From the NCBI GenBank assembly GCA_963777315.1, contig CAVZQC010000001.1, forward strand, positions 288,001 through 352,000: a stretch of 64,000 nt of DNA, written 5' to 3'. Source of the stretch: Vulcanimicrobiota bacterium (GTDB taxonomy: Bacteria > Vulcanimicrobiota > Vulcanimicrobiia > Vulcanimicrobiales > Vulcanimicrobiaceae). The notes beneath the pieces are model-generated. The model did no database searches. It worked only from the letters and a program-made list of their open reading frames with translations, and was not told the DNA's origin. Positions 9,658-19,154 of this stretch are shown here, in pieces (positions within the stretch are counted from its first letter, which is position 1; each line of letters opens with the position of its first letter). The position numbers were made by a program, and so were the translations under genes.

Positions 9658-11231
9658 GGCTGCTCGGTTTCGGCGCGCATGAGCCTCGCGGCCTCCGCGA
9701 CCACCTCGCCGTTCAGGCCCAGCAGCCGCGCCAGCGCGAGAGCGCCGGCTTCGCGCTGCTCGTCGCCGCGAACCTCGACAATCGAATAGTCCATCGATTT
9801 CGCCAGCGCCGCCAACGCCGCTGGAAGATCGGTCGCGGGCTGTTCGCCGGAAACGTCGCGCAATCCGCGAACGGCGAAATGACGCGCCTGCGCGTCGCGG
9901 GCAATTCCGGCGAGGTGCGTTACCGCAAACGCCGTGCTGCCCCGGCTGCGCAGCATCTTCAACAGCGCGACGAGCAGGGCTTTGCCTTCGTGCGGCGTGG
10001 TCGTGCGCGCGAACTCATCGACGAGCAGCAGCGAATGGGATGCCGGCCGGGACAAAATTTCCTGAAGGCGCACCACTTCGGCCGCAAACGAGGAGAGCAG
10101 TTCTTCCGACTGGGGCTCCGAGCCGATTCCAAGCCACGCAATGTCGTCGAACAGCGCGCATTGCGCCGATTTTGCGGGCACCGGAATGCCGAAAGCGGTC
10201 AGCAGCGCGATAAACCCGCACGTGCGCAGCGCCACAGTCTTGCCCGCCATATTCGGTCCGGTGAGCACGGCGACTTCGTGCAATGCAATCGAGATGGGCT
10301 CGTAGGAGCGCCCTTGTGCTTGCAGCTCTTCGCGCATCGGAAGGTAGGATGCGTCTTCGAAAACGACGGCCGGCAGCTCGAGCACCTGCGGCGGCACGCA
10401 CGCGTAGTCACGCGCGAAGCAAGCTTGGGCGACGCGAACGTCGAGATCCGCCAGCGCAGCGAGCAGCCGTTCCAGTTCTGAAACGCATCGGCGTACGCTG
10501 CGGGAGATATGCGCGCGCACGCTGCGTTCTGCATGCGCTGCCGCCTCTTCAGCTTCGTCGCGCTTCCGCAGCGCGTTCAGCGCCGCTTCGTCCATCTCCA
10601 ATTCACACAAAAAATACGTCGGCGCTTCCCGCACGATTCGCATCCCGGCCGGCAGACGCTCTACCGAGTCGCGCATGACGATGAACTCCCCGCAAGGCAA
10701 TTGTCCTCGCCCCAGCGCAGCGGCCGCCGCTCGTGCGAGGCGTTCGCGTGCCGCCTCGTATTCGGTCTGCGCGCGCTCGGCGGCGGTGCGGGCCTTTGCC
10801 AAAACCGGGTCGAACTTTTCGGAAAGATAGAAGCCCGTCTTGCCGGCGCGGCCCGACTCCAACAAAGCTGCAAGATCGGTTAACGCCGAACTCGCCCGCG
10901 ACGGATCCACGCGGTGCGCCGCATCCAGAAAACGCAGCAACTCGAGCAGGTGCGCATCCTCGAGATCGTTTCCCATTGCGGCAGCCGAAATTGCCGGCAG
11001 CGGATCCGGTGCGCACGCCAGCGTTTCGCGTATCGCGTCGATGTCGCCGGCAGACAAATCGGCAATTTCGCACGCGCGCTGCCGAGCTTGCATTTCCTGG
11101 CCGGGGCGGTATGGCCGTAACTGCGCGTATGCGCGCCGGCCGAATTCGCTGACCGGCTCCAACGCTGCATGCAGCCACGCCGTCTGCAGTGCCGAGGCGG
11201 TCTTGGCGTCGACGATATCGGCGTACTTCAC
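9645..11231 (-). CDS. Short MutS-like ATPase (KamC-like; candidate lysine 5,6-aminomutase reactivase ATPase)
   Basis: GTG start overlapping the upstream TGA. Walker A LTGPNMAGKT, LSSFAAEV, LLLVDEFARTT, VTHL. No mismatch-binding N-terminus; sits between a KamB-like gene and kce. Confidence 0.75.
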   Translation of the reverse strand: MKYADIVDAKTASALQTAWLHAALEPVSEFGRRAYAQLRPYRPGQEMQARQRACEIADLSAGDIDAIRETLACAPDPLPAISAAAMGNDLEDAHLLELLRFLDAAHRVDPSRASSALTDLAALLESGRAGKTGFYLSEKFDPVLAKARTAAERAQTEYEAARERLARAAAAALGRGQLPCGEFIVMRDSVERLPAGMRIVREAPTYFLCELEMDEAALNALRKRDEAEEAAAHAERSVRAHISRSVRRCVSELERLLAALADLDVRVAQACFARDYACVPPQVLELPAVVFEDASYLPMREELQAQGRSYEPISIALHEVAVLTGPNMAGKTVALRTCGFIALLTAFGIPVPAKSAQCALFDDIAWLGIGSEPQSEELLSSFAAEVVRLQEILSRPASHSLLLVDEFARTTTPHEGKALLVALLKMLRSRGSTAFAVTHLAGIARDAQARHFAVRGLRDVSGEQPATDLPAALAALAKSMDYSIVEVRGDEQREAGALALARLLGLNGEVVAEAARLMRAETEQPWIR

Positions 11232-12127
11232 GCCGCGCCCACCATCGTATCGGCGTACACGTCGAACGTAGGCAGCCCCGTGGCCCGCGCTACGGCGCGC
11301 GCAAAAGCGCGAGGTTCGAAGTACCGCTCGCGGCCGATGGAAGCCACCGTCGCGGCAACCACGTGCAGCGGACGTTCGCAGCGCACGTTCAGCTCGTGCA
11401 GCAGTTCGGGCAGCGCTTTGCCGCCCGCGGCAACTTGCGTAGGGTCGCGAACGACGATCTGCCGGCCGGCGGCCTCGCGCGAGACTTGGGATGCGCGTGC
11501 CGGCGTGAGTGCGCCGTCCAGACGCAGCAGCGGTTTGTCCGGATCGTATGCCGGGATGCGCAAGCGCGCGCAAAGTGCGCGCACGTCGTCCACCGCTTGT
11601 TCCATCGTAGCCGCACCGGCTGCACCCACGGAAACGATCACCGCGTCGCCGCCTCCTGCGAGCGCCGCCACCCGATCCACCGCTCCGTCGACGATGATTT
11701 GTTCGCAGTCCAGCGCCGCAAGTCGCTGCACGCACGCGCGAATGCCGGCGGCCGCCGAAGGGCCGGCCAATTCGAAGTGGCCGGCGCGGCGCACTCGCGC
11801 AAGCACGATGGTTCCGGCCGCACTGTTCCAAGGACTCAGATCCAGGATTTCGCTTGCGGGGTGCCGTGGAAGCAGCGTCCGAGCCGTCGCAACGATCGTG
11901 CCTTCGCTCAAAAACAACCGCGGTTTCGCCAGTGAATCCACGGCATCGACCGCTTCCCCGTCGCGGCCCGTTGAAGTCATCCCCAGGCGTAGCCCGCGGG
12001 ATTGGGCCGCACGCGCGATCGCGCGCATCGCGACGGTTTTACCCGCGTTCTTTGCCGTCCCTACAATGAAGACCGAGCGCCGGACCGAGGCTCGCGCCAG
12101 ATCGAGTAAAGCGTCGCCCGCGAACAT
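11228..12127 (-). CDS. KamB-like P-loop protein
   Basis: FIVGTAKNAGKT, GMTSTGRDGE..D, KPRL, ELAGPS, IIVDGAVDR; translationally coupled to the MutS-like gene. Confidence 0.7.
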   Translation of the reverse strand: MFAGDALLDLARASVRRSVFIVGTAKNAGKTVAMRAIARAAQSRGLRLGMTSTGRDGEAVDAVDSLAKPRLFLSEGTIVATARTLLPRHPASEILDLSPWNSAAGTIVLARVRRAGHFELAGPSAAAGIRACVQRLAALDCEQIIVDGAVDRVAALAGGGDAVIVSVGAAGAATMEQAVDDVRALCARLRIPAYDPDKPLLRLDGALTPARASQVSREAAGRQIVVRDPTQVAAGGKALPELLHELNVRCERPLHVVAATVASIGRERYFEPRAFARAVARATGLPTFDVYADTMVGAA

Positions 12128-12165
12128 GCATGCTAATTCCGATGCGCGCTCAAAAGCTCCCCGCT

Positions 12166-12727
12166 TTAGCCGATGTGAAAGACCTTTGCCAGGATGAATG
12201 CGACTCCGGTGAGCATCAGAATGATGCCGGAAAACAACTCCGCGCCTTCTTCCACCCGCCGTCCCAGCACCCGTCCGAGCGTGAGCCCGGCGAACGTTGC
12301 CAGAATCGAAACCGCAAAGATGATACCAAGCGCGAGCCAAAGCGAGACGCCGATGTACAGAATCGAAAAGCCGATGCCGAGCGAATCCAAGCTGACGGAA
12401 AGCGCCGCGATGAACAGTCCCCATCCGCGCGACATGTCCAGCGGGACCTTTTCCTCGGCCTCGCGCAAGGCTTCGAAAATCATGTATCCGCCCACGGCAA
12501 CCAATGCTGCAAAGCCGATATAGCCCGCGACGCTGCCCAACAGACTGTCCGGCGACGTGGCCTAAGCCTACGCCGATGAGATTCATGATGACTTCGGCAG
12601 CCGCAAACGCAAGTCCGATGCGGATCCGCAGCGCGATCGGGGTGTCGCGCATGCCGACGCCGATGCCGACGGCAAATACGTCGAGCCCGAGCGAGAACGC
12701 CACGACGAGGATCTTTACGAGATGCAT
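12166..12727 (-). CDS. mntP: Manganese efflux pump MntP family; 1-nt frameshift at 12544
   Basis: LGLDVFAVGIG and LSVSLDSLGIG motifs lie in two frames. Deleting A12544 joins them (HVAGQLLGSVAGYIG). Confidence 0.82.
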
Positions 12728-12737
12728 CGGAGCGCCG

Positions 12738-13166
12738 TCAGCTTACGGCGGAATTTTCCAGCGGATCGACTTTCGGCTGCGCGAGCAAGCTGTTGACCGC
12801 GGCGCGCAGTTGCGAGATGGTGAACGGCTTGTTCAAAAAGAGGTTGGCGCCGGCATTTTTTGCGCGGCCGTCCATGGCATAATTCGTGTGACCGGACACC
12901 ATGAGGATCGGAAGCGACCGCGTGCGTTCGTTTGCCCGCAAGCGTTCGATTAAGTCGATGCCCGATATTCCCGGCAGCATGAAATCGCAGATCACGATGT
13001 CGAAATGCGGCTCACGATCCAGCGCGACGAGCGCGCTTTCACCGTCGTTTCGCACCGCGATCTCGTACGGTCCTTTGCGCAGCACCGTTTCGATCAGCGT
13101 GCAAATCGCCGGATCGTCGTCCGCTATGAGAACCCGCCACGTGCGCTGCATCATGTTGCCCGCCAC
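12738..13166 (-). CDS. Single-domain response regulator (CheY-like receiver)
   Basis: VLIADDD, VICDFMLPGISG, FLNKPF. Confidence 0.92.
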   Translation of the reverse strand: MAGNMMQRTWRVLIADDDPAICTLIETVLRKGPYEIAVRNDGESALVALDREPHFDIVICDFMLPGISGIDLIERLRANERTRSLPILMVSGHTNYAMDGRAKNAGANLFLNKPFTISQLRAAVNSLLAQPKVDPLENSAVS

Positions 13167-13223
13167 CTTCCCCTCATCGGCAGTCCGCGCCTCGCACGCA
13201 ATATATGGTTTGGTAAAGTTTGT

Positions 13224-13997
13224 ATGAGGGCCGAAGGCGGAACGACGATCTTCTATCTTGCCGCCGCCGTGCTGGTCCTCATCATGCTTGGTCCGGTCGT
13301 TGCAATGCTCGCGGCAGTCCCGCCTTCTGCAGCGGTTGCCGCCTTTGCATTTCCGGCGGCGAGAGACGCCGTGCGCGTTTCACTCGCCGCCTCGACGATC
13401 GCCGTCGCAGTTGCATCGCTGCTGGGCATACCCGCGGGTTACGCGCTCGCGCACGCGCCCCGAGCCGTGCGCGCGACCGCGCTGTCGCTGCTGGCGCTTC
13501 CGCTGGCCTTTCCGCCGGTGGCCTCAGGCATCATGTTGTTGCAGACGGTGGGCACGCGTACTGCGCTGGGGTCCGCGCTTGCAGCGCACGGCATCGTTTT
13601 CGTCGACTCATTGTGGGGTGTTGCGCTCGCGGAGTTTTTCGTCGCCGGATCGTTCGTGGCGATCACCGCCGCCGCCGCGTTCGGTTCGCTCAACCCGGCG
13701 TACGAAGAATCGGCTCGCACGTTGGGCGCGGGGTCCGCAACCCTCTTCTTTCGCATCGCCTTGCCGCTGGCGGCGCCTAACGTTTTGGCGGGAATGGTCT
13801 TGGCTTGGATGCGCGCGATCGGCGAATACGGCGCCACTTCGATTCTGGCATATCATCCCACGTCGCTCCCGGTGCAGCTCTACGTGGCGCTGTCTTCACG
13901 CGGGGTCGGCACTTCGTTGGCACTGAGTTACGGTTTCGTGGTGCTTGCCGCACTCGTACTGAGCATACAATGGGCGTTGCGGCGCCGCGTCGTATAG
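13224..13997 (+). CDS. Molybdate/tungstate-type ABC transporter permease (ModB-like)
   Basis: LPLAFPPVASG, YEESARTLGA, WMRAIGEYGAT, SLPVQLY. Confidence 0.85.
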   Translation: MRAEGGTTIFYLAAAVLVLIMLGPVVAMLAAVPPSAAVAAFAFPAARDAVRVSLAASTIAVAVASLLGIPAGYALAHAPRAVRATALSLLALPLAFPPVASGIMLLQTVGTRTALGSALAAHGIVFVDSLWGVALAEFFVAGSFVAITAAAAFGSLNPAYEESARTLGAGSATLFFRIALPLAAPNVLAGMVLAWMRAIGEYGATSILAYHPTSLPVQLYVALSSRGVGTSLALSYGFVVLAALVLSIQWALRRRVV

Positions 13998-14006
13998 ACG
14001 CACGCA

Positions 14007-14904
14007 ATGGCCGTGATCGATAGTTGGTTCGCGCCCGATTCATTTTTTTCCAAGCGCTTTTTTTTCTTGGCAAGGCGCTTCGTCGCAGGCGAAACGATCG
14101 AGTCGGCCATTGCCGCCGTGCGCGTGCTCAACGCGGCCGGCATGACCGCAACCCTGGACTTTCTTGGGGAAGACGTTCTCGAACGGCAAGCGGCGCTGCA
14201 GACGCGCGACGCTTACATGCGAGCGCTGGACGCCATTGCCGCCGCGGGCGCGCAAAGCAACGTGTCGGTAAAACTCACGGCAATGGGATTGCTGCTGGGC
14301 CAAGACGTCAGCTCTCGAAAACTTGACCGCAATACTCGAGCATGCCCAAACCCGCAACGCCGACCCGTTCGTGCGCATCGACATGGAGGGCTCGAGCGTA
14401 ACGCAATCCACTCTCGAGGTTTTCGAACGGGCTTTTGCCGCGCACCCGAATGTGGGGCCGGTCTTGCAGGCCTATCTCAAACGCACGAAAGGCGACGTGC
14501 AGCGAGCGATCGGCATGGGCGCCCGCGTGCGGTTGTGCAAAGGTGCGTACAGCGAGCCGCCGGAGATTGCGTACCGCAACATGGCGCAGATTCGCCGTTC
14601 GTACCTGGAATGCGCGCAAGACTTGCTCGTCCGCGGCAACTATCCCGGTATTGCTACGCACGATCCGGCGATCATTGAAGCGATCAAGCAATTCGCGCGC
14701 GACCGGGGCGTCAAACCCGAGCAGTTCGAATTCCAAATGCTGTACGGGGTGCGGCCTTCGCTGCAGCGGCAACTGGTGCGCGAGGGATACCGCTTGCGGG
14801 TGTACGTTCCGTTCGGAACGCACTGGGCCGGGTATTTTTACCGGCGAGTCGCCGAGCGCCGGGAAAACGCGCTCTTCGCTCTGTCGTCGATCTTCACGAA
14901 ATAA
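14007..14904 (+). CDS. Monofunctional proline dehydrogenase; 1-nt frameshift at about 14309
   Basis: RRFVAGET, LDFLGE and SVKLTAMG in one frame; VRIDMEGS, VRLCKGAY, IATHD, EFQMLYG, RVYVPFG and RRVAER in the next. Confidence 0.92.
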
Positions 14905-14908
14905 GCGC

Positions 14909-15358
14909 ATGCGAGCGGTGGTGCAGCGCGTTTGCCGGGCGCAAGTGCGGGTGGGCGACGAGATTGCGGGCAGCATCGGCGCCGGTTTAGCCGTGCTGGT
15001 CGGGGTCGGCGCGGACGATGCGGATGCCGACGCGCAACAACTCGCGGAAAAAATCGCGACGCTTCGCATCCTGGCCGACGACGCCGGTTTGATGAACCGC
15101 AGCCTGCGAGACTGCGGGGGCTCCGTGCTGCTCGTTTCGCAGTTCACGCTTCACGGCGATGCACGAAAAGGACGGCGGCCGTCGTTCGTAGCCGCTGCTC
15201 GCGAGGAGATCGCGCGACCGCTGTACGAACGCGTGGGCGCGCTGCTCGAGCGTCAAGGCGTCCCGGTAGCTTACGGAATCTTCGGCGCGCGGATGCAGCT
15301 CGAGCTCCTCAACGACGGCCCGGTGACCATACTGCTCGATACGAAAAAGACGTTTTAG
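14909..15358 (+). CDS. dtd: D-aminoacyl-tRNA deacylase
   Basis: MRAVVQRV, SQFTL, KGRRPSF, NDGPVT. Confidence 0.96.
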   Translation: MRAVVQRVCRAQVRVGDEIAGSIGAGLAVLVGVGADDADADAQQLAEKIATLRILADDAGLMNRSLRDCGGSVLLVSQFTLHGDARKGRRPSFVAAAREEIARPLYERVGALLERQGVPVAYGIFGARMQLELLNDGPVTILLDTKKTF

Positions 15359-15362
15359 CCGG

Positions 15363-15755
15363 CTACGGCTCCGGGGGTGCGTCGGCAGACGTTCCGTCCA
15401 GATAACCGATATGCGTGATGAAGCAGCGAATCGCTTCTCCTTGCGGCACAGGCTGACCGGACGCGGTTACCACGAATTCAACGGTTCGCTTTTGCCCCGG
15501 ATCGAGCTCGCGATCCAACTGCGTGAACGCCGCAAAACGCGCGTAGCGGAAATCGCGGTAAAATGCGGTTGCCAGATTCAACTGCGAGATGGGGCGATCC
15601 GATTCGTTCTGCACCGTCGCTTCAATGCGTAAACCGTGTCCCGTGCGAACCGCGTTGCAGATGGATACGCCGACCGGCAGGCGCTGAGGGTTGCCCGCGC
15701 ATGCCGCCATCGCAAATGCCAGCGCGGCCGGAGCCACGGCTGCGGACGCTTTCAC
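15363..15755 (-). CDS. Putative lipoprotein with a small Ig-like beta domain
   Basis: GTG start overlapping the upstream TGA; lipobox-like AMAAC; ATVQNESDRPIS...LDPGQKRTVEF. Confidence 0.6.
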   Translation of the reverse strand: MKASAAVAPAALAFAMAACAGNPQRLPVGVSICNAVRTGHGLRIEATVQNESDRPISQLNLATAFYRDFRYARFAAFTQLDRELDPGQKRTVEFVVTASGQPVPQGEAIRCFITHIGYLDGTSADAPPEP

Positions 15756-17233
15756 CGCACGCTGTCGGGCAGCCGTTCGACGCGCACGATTTTGTCGGAT
15801 TCGACCAAACGGCCCAAAACGTCGAATCCGGCAATGACTCGCCCGAAGACCGTAAACTCGCGATTCAAATGCAACTGCGGGGAAAGCGTGATGTAGAACT
15901 GCGTTCCGGCAGAATCGCGGATTGCGTGGGCGTTGGGTGGGTTGGTGTAATTCAGGCCCATGGAAATCACGTAACCGTCCTGTTCGATGGGGTTTTCTTC
16001 CGCGCCGATCGTGTAGCCGGCGTCGCCGTTGCCGTTGCCGTTGGGATCGCCCGTCTGCACCACGAAATCCGGTACGATGCGAAACCACGGGTTGTTGTCG
16101 TAATATCCGCGCCGGGAGAGATTGAGGAAGTTCTCCACCGTCAACGGCGCCCATTCGGGATACAGTTCCACGTACACGTTGCCTTGCGTGGTCACGATCC
16201 GGACGCGCGGATGGGGACCCTTCGCAGGGCCGGTGAACAGCGCGGCCGTTCGCGGATCGAGTTTGGGCCACAGCGCAATCGCATCGGGTGAAGGTCGCTG
16301 CGGCTTGGCGCCCTCGGCGGTACGCCCGAGCGCAGGCACGTTCGCCAAAGGATCGGGTACGGGCGGCGGAGTGCGTACGTCTGCCGGAATTTTGTTCAAA
16401 TGTTCGGTCGGCTTGCCGCCCTGGAGCACGCGGATAGACTCGAGCGTTTGTTCTTGGACGCGCCAAGAGCCGTCGCGCAGCAGCGGCTGCAGCAACGCCA
16501 CGGCGCTTGCATCACCGCGACGGCCAAAGGCGCGCACGGCTTGGATTCGCACGACTTCGTTTGGATCGCGCAACGCTTTTGCGAACAGGGAGGGCGCGGC
16601 GGACTTGGAGTAGCCGCGGTACAGCGACCACACGATATGCCAGCGCACGTACGAATCGCGTGCTCGCGAATACCCGGCTTCGAGAGCGCGCAGCGCAAAG
16701 CGTTCTCGCGGGCCTTGCGAAAAGCTTTCCAAAGCCGTCGCCGCGCGCGCCCGCACGATAGGTGTACCGCCGCCAAGCAAATTCGCCGCCCGCGTCTGCG
16801 CCTGCGTCTGCTGGAGTCGCGTTAAAGCATGCGAGGTTTCGAGCCGGCCGGTCGCATCCAACGCGGCAACGCGCACGACGTCGGCGGGATCGTTCAAGGC
16901 GCGGACGATCCGCGGCGCGGCGGCCGGCGCATCGATCAGGCCCATGGCGTACGTTACCATCGCGCGCATGGCGTCGTCTCGGTCGTTTGCATGGCGCTCG
17001 AGCGCGGGAAGGCCGGCGGCTTGCTTGGTGCGGCCGATAGCCAGGGCTGCCCGCAGGGCGACGAAGCGGTCTTTCGAACCTAAAAACGACGCCAAGCGCC
17101 CGTTCCCGAGCGAACGCATTTGCTCGAGCCGCTCGATTTGCACGTACGCCCTCGCATCGGGGGCCGCTGCGCCTGTCCGCACGGCAAGCAGTGTCAGCAC
17201 CACATAAAACAAGCAAGCGGCGCTCTTAAACAA
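15752..17233 (-). CDS. Secreted HEAT-repeat plus cyclophilin-type peptidyl-prolyl isomerase
   Basis: Signal peptide; HEAT repeats (LNDPADVVRVAA, LRDPNEVVRIQA); APLTVENF, FRIVPDFVVQTGDP, SAGTQFYIT, FTVFGRV. Confidence 0.9.
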   Translation of the reverse strand: MFKSAACLFYVVLTLLAVRTGAAAPDARAYVQIERLEQMRSLGNGRLASFLGSKDRFVALRAALAIGRTKQAAGLPALERHANDRDDAMRAMVTYAMGLIDAPAAAPRIVRALNDPADVVRVAALDATGRLETSHALTRLQQTQAQTRAANLLGGGTPIVRARAATALESFSQGPRERFALRALEAGYSRARDSYVRWHIVWSLYRGYSKSAAPSLFAKALRDPNEVVRIQAVRAFGRRGDASAVALLQPLLRDGSWRVQEQTLESIRVLQGGKPTEHLNKIPADVRTPPPVPDPLANVPALGRTAEGAKPQRPSPDAIALWPKLDPRTAALFTGPAKGPHPRVRIVTTQGNVYVELYPEWAPLTVENFLNLSRRGYYDNNPWFRIVPDFVVQTGDPNGNGNGDAGYTIGAEENPIEQDGYVISMGLNYTNPPNAHAIRDSAGTQFYITLSPQLHLNREFTVFGRVIAGFDVLGRLVESDKIVRVERLPDSVR

Positions 17234-17334
17234 ATCTATACCAACTTTCTGGACCGAACTTGCGTTCTAGTATATGGAGCATGAGATTGCCGTCCTTCTG
17301 GGGCGGCACAAAGAACCGAGGTTTAGAACAGTCC

Positions 17335-17682
17335 ATGAATACACCCACCGGCCCGGCCCCCAAGAAAGCGGGCGGCATGACGGTCCGCGAAGCGGGCCAA
17401 AAGGGCGGCGAAACGGTCAAAAAAAAGTACGGTCCCGAATTCTACGAGCAGATCGGCCGCAAGGGCGGGCAAGCCACGAAAAATGCGCACGGCCACGCGT
17501 TCTACGAGCAGATCGGTAAAAAGGGCGGCAAAAAAGGCGGCGAGGCGACTCGCGATCGGTACGGCCCCAACTTCTACGAGCAGATTGGACAAAAAGGTGG
17601 CCAAAAGGTCAAACAACTCATCGAAGAAGGTAAACGCGCTGCAGCCGCAGCTCAACTCGATCGGGAGAAAAAAGCCAGCTAG
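17335..17682 (+). CDS. KGG-repeat general stress protein (GsiB/YciG-like)
   Basis: MTVREAGQKGG plus three FYEQIGxKGG repeats. Confidence 0.88.
   Translation: MNTPTGPAPKKAGGMTVREAGQKGGETVKKKYGPEFYEQIGRKGGQATKNAHGHAFYEQIGKKGGKKGGEATRDRYGPNFYEQIGQKGGQKVKQLIEEGKRAAAAAQLDREKKAS
17440..17600 (+). repeat. Three imperfect intragenic repeats encoding KGG motifs
   Basis: TTCTACGAGCAGAT(C/T)GG...AA(G/A)GG(C/T)GG starting at 17440, 17500 and 17572. Confidence 0.8.
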
Positions 17683-18430
17683 TTTTGCCCGCGCAGGTAT
17701 CGCACTGCTGGCGGCGGCATCTATCGCCGCCGCCGGCGCGCGCCCGCAAGCTGCACGCGCCATCGTTCTGCCCACTCCTCCGCCGCCGCCGCGCGTTGAA
17801 CCGACGGCAACGCCGACCGGAACGCCCAACTCGACGATTCTGCCTCTGGGCTCGAGTTTATTTTTCGTTCTCGACGACACGATCGGTTCGCGATCTAAAG
17901 CGGGAACGGTCGCGCGCGCGCACTTGCGCGATGCAATCGTGCTGGACGGCGCGACCGTCGCGGCAGCGGGAACGCCGGTGAACATCGTCGTAGCGCAAAC
18001 CTCCGGTGCGCAAATCGGCAACGTCGACGGCTCCTTGGAGATGTATTTCGAAGCGCTTCGGCTCGCGTCGGGAAAGTTGCTTGCCCTCACGACGCCGACC
18101 GCGCACGTCGACCCGCACATGAGCTCGGGACAGCAATCCACCCGCTCCGTCACCGACACGGTCGGCGACATCTTCATCCCCGGTCACTACATCTATCACA
18201 TTTTACGCAAGGGCGCGGACGTCGTGCTGCGCCCCGGTACCGTCATACGCGCGCGAACCGCGGCTACGGTTCGTCTGGCGAACGGTGCGGTCGCCATAAG
18301 CACGCCGGCGCCGTTTGCATCGACCCTGGACACGCCTCATCCGGACTTCGTGCCTGCTCCGCTGGCAACGCCCGCGGAATCCCACGGTTCTGCACCGAAA
18401 CCGACCCCGCAACCGACTAAAACGCCGTAA
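17660..18430 (+). CDS. Hypothetical secreted protein with Pro/Thr-rich linkers; start uncertain
   Basis: Signal-like GRKKPASFARAGIALLAAASIAAAG, PTPPPPP, beta-rich core, KGADVVLRPGT. No canonical in-frame start near the signal peptide. Confidence 0.65.
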   Translation: MGRKKPASFARAGIALLAAASIAAAGARPQAARAIVLPTPPPPPRVEPTATPTGTPNSTILPLGSSLFFVLDDTIGSRSKAGTVARAHLRDAIVLDGATVAAAGTPVNIVVAQTSGAQIGNVDGSLEMYFEALRLASGKLLALTTPTAHVDPHMSSGQQSTRSVTDTVGDIFIPGHYIYHILRKGADVVLRPGTVIRARTAATVRLANGAVAISTPAPFASTLDTPHPDFVPAPLATPAESHGSAPKPTPQPTKTP

Positions 18431-18445
18431 CGACGGAGGAATTTC

Positions 18446-19148
18446 ATGAAACGAGCGTTTGCTGGCGCTCACGCTGTTGGCGTTTAGCGTACCGGCCTTC
18501 GGCAACGGCGGCGCGTTCGCCGCCGCCATGACTCAAGCCAAGCTGCCGGACAAACCAATGGCGGGCGAGACGGCCTTCGTTCAGAAGGTCACCGCGGATC
18601 TGAATGCGCGCTTTGCCACACCGGCGGACGCGGAAAAAGCCGGCTACTTCCGGTACAACAATGAGGATGATACCGGCGCCATCAGCTATGCCAATCTGGC
18701 GTGGAACAGCGCGGCCGATCCGGATGCGCCCGCGCCGAGCCAGCTGTGGTACGACGTGAACGGCCGGCTGCTGGGGGCAGACTTTTCGGTTCCGCTCAAG
18801 GACAGCGCAACGGTGCCGCACCTGTGGGGTTTGGATCCGCGCCGGTGGGACAAATTCGGCCGGGACCACGTGCACTACATCGTAAAAAGCGCCGACGGAA
18901 CAATGAGCTACGGCCACGCGGTGAGCGGCAAAGCATTTGCGGCCGCGGGCGGCAATTTTGCCGATCCGCAAGCGGCGACGCTGGTAAAACTCGGCAAGGT
19001 CAAAAGCGTGGACGAGGTGAGCAAAATCTTCACGTTTCCCGCGCAGTGGGACGTGGAAGTGTGGCTGACCCCTAATCCGTTGGGCGCGTTCGCCGAAAAG
19101 AACCCGTTGGTGCACCCCAGCAAAAACGCGGCCAAGCCGGAGGAGTAG
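18446..19148 (+). CDS. Hypothetical secreted protein; 1-nt frameshift at about 18457
   Basis: SD GGAGGA plus ATG 18446. Removing one base gives signal peptide MKRALLALTLLAFSVPAFG in frame with ORF 18459-19148 (FATPADAEKAGY, QLWYDVNGRLLGADF). Confidence 0.75.
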
Positions 19149-19154
19149 GGTCCT

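Noticed and set aside
9645..11231. DNA-repair MutS or MutS2
   Set aside because: Too short, lacks mismatch-binding and Smr domains, and the gene context points to KamC.
11228..12727. Apparent MntP/KamB-like fusion (499 aa in the ORF track)
   Set aside because: Produced by the 12544 insertion. After repair, mntP stops at 12166 and the KamB-like gene starts at 12127.
17440..17600. Spaced direct repeats resembling a mini CRISPR array
   Set aside because: In-frame, wobble-degenerate repeats encoding KGG motifs; no cas genes.
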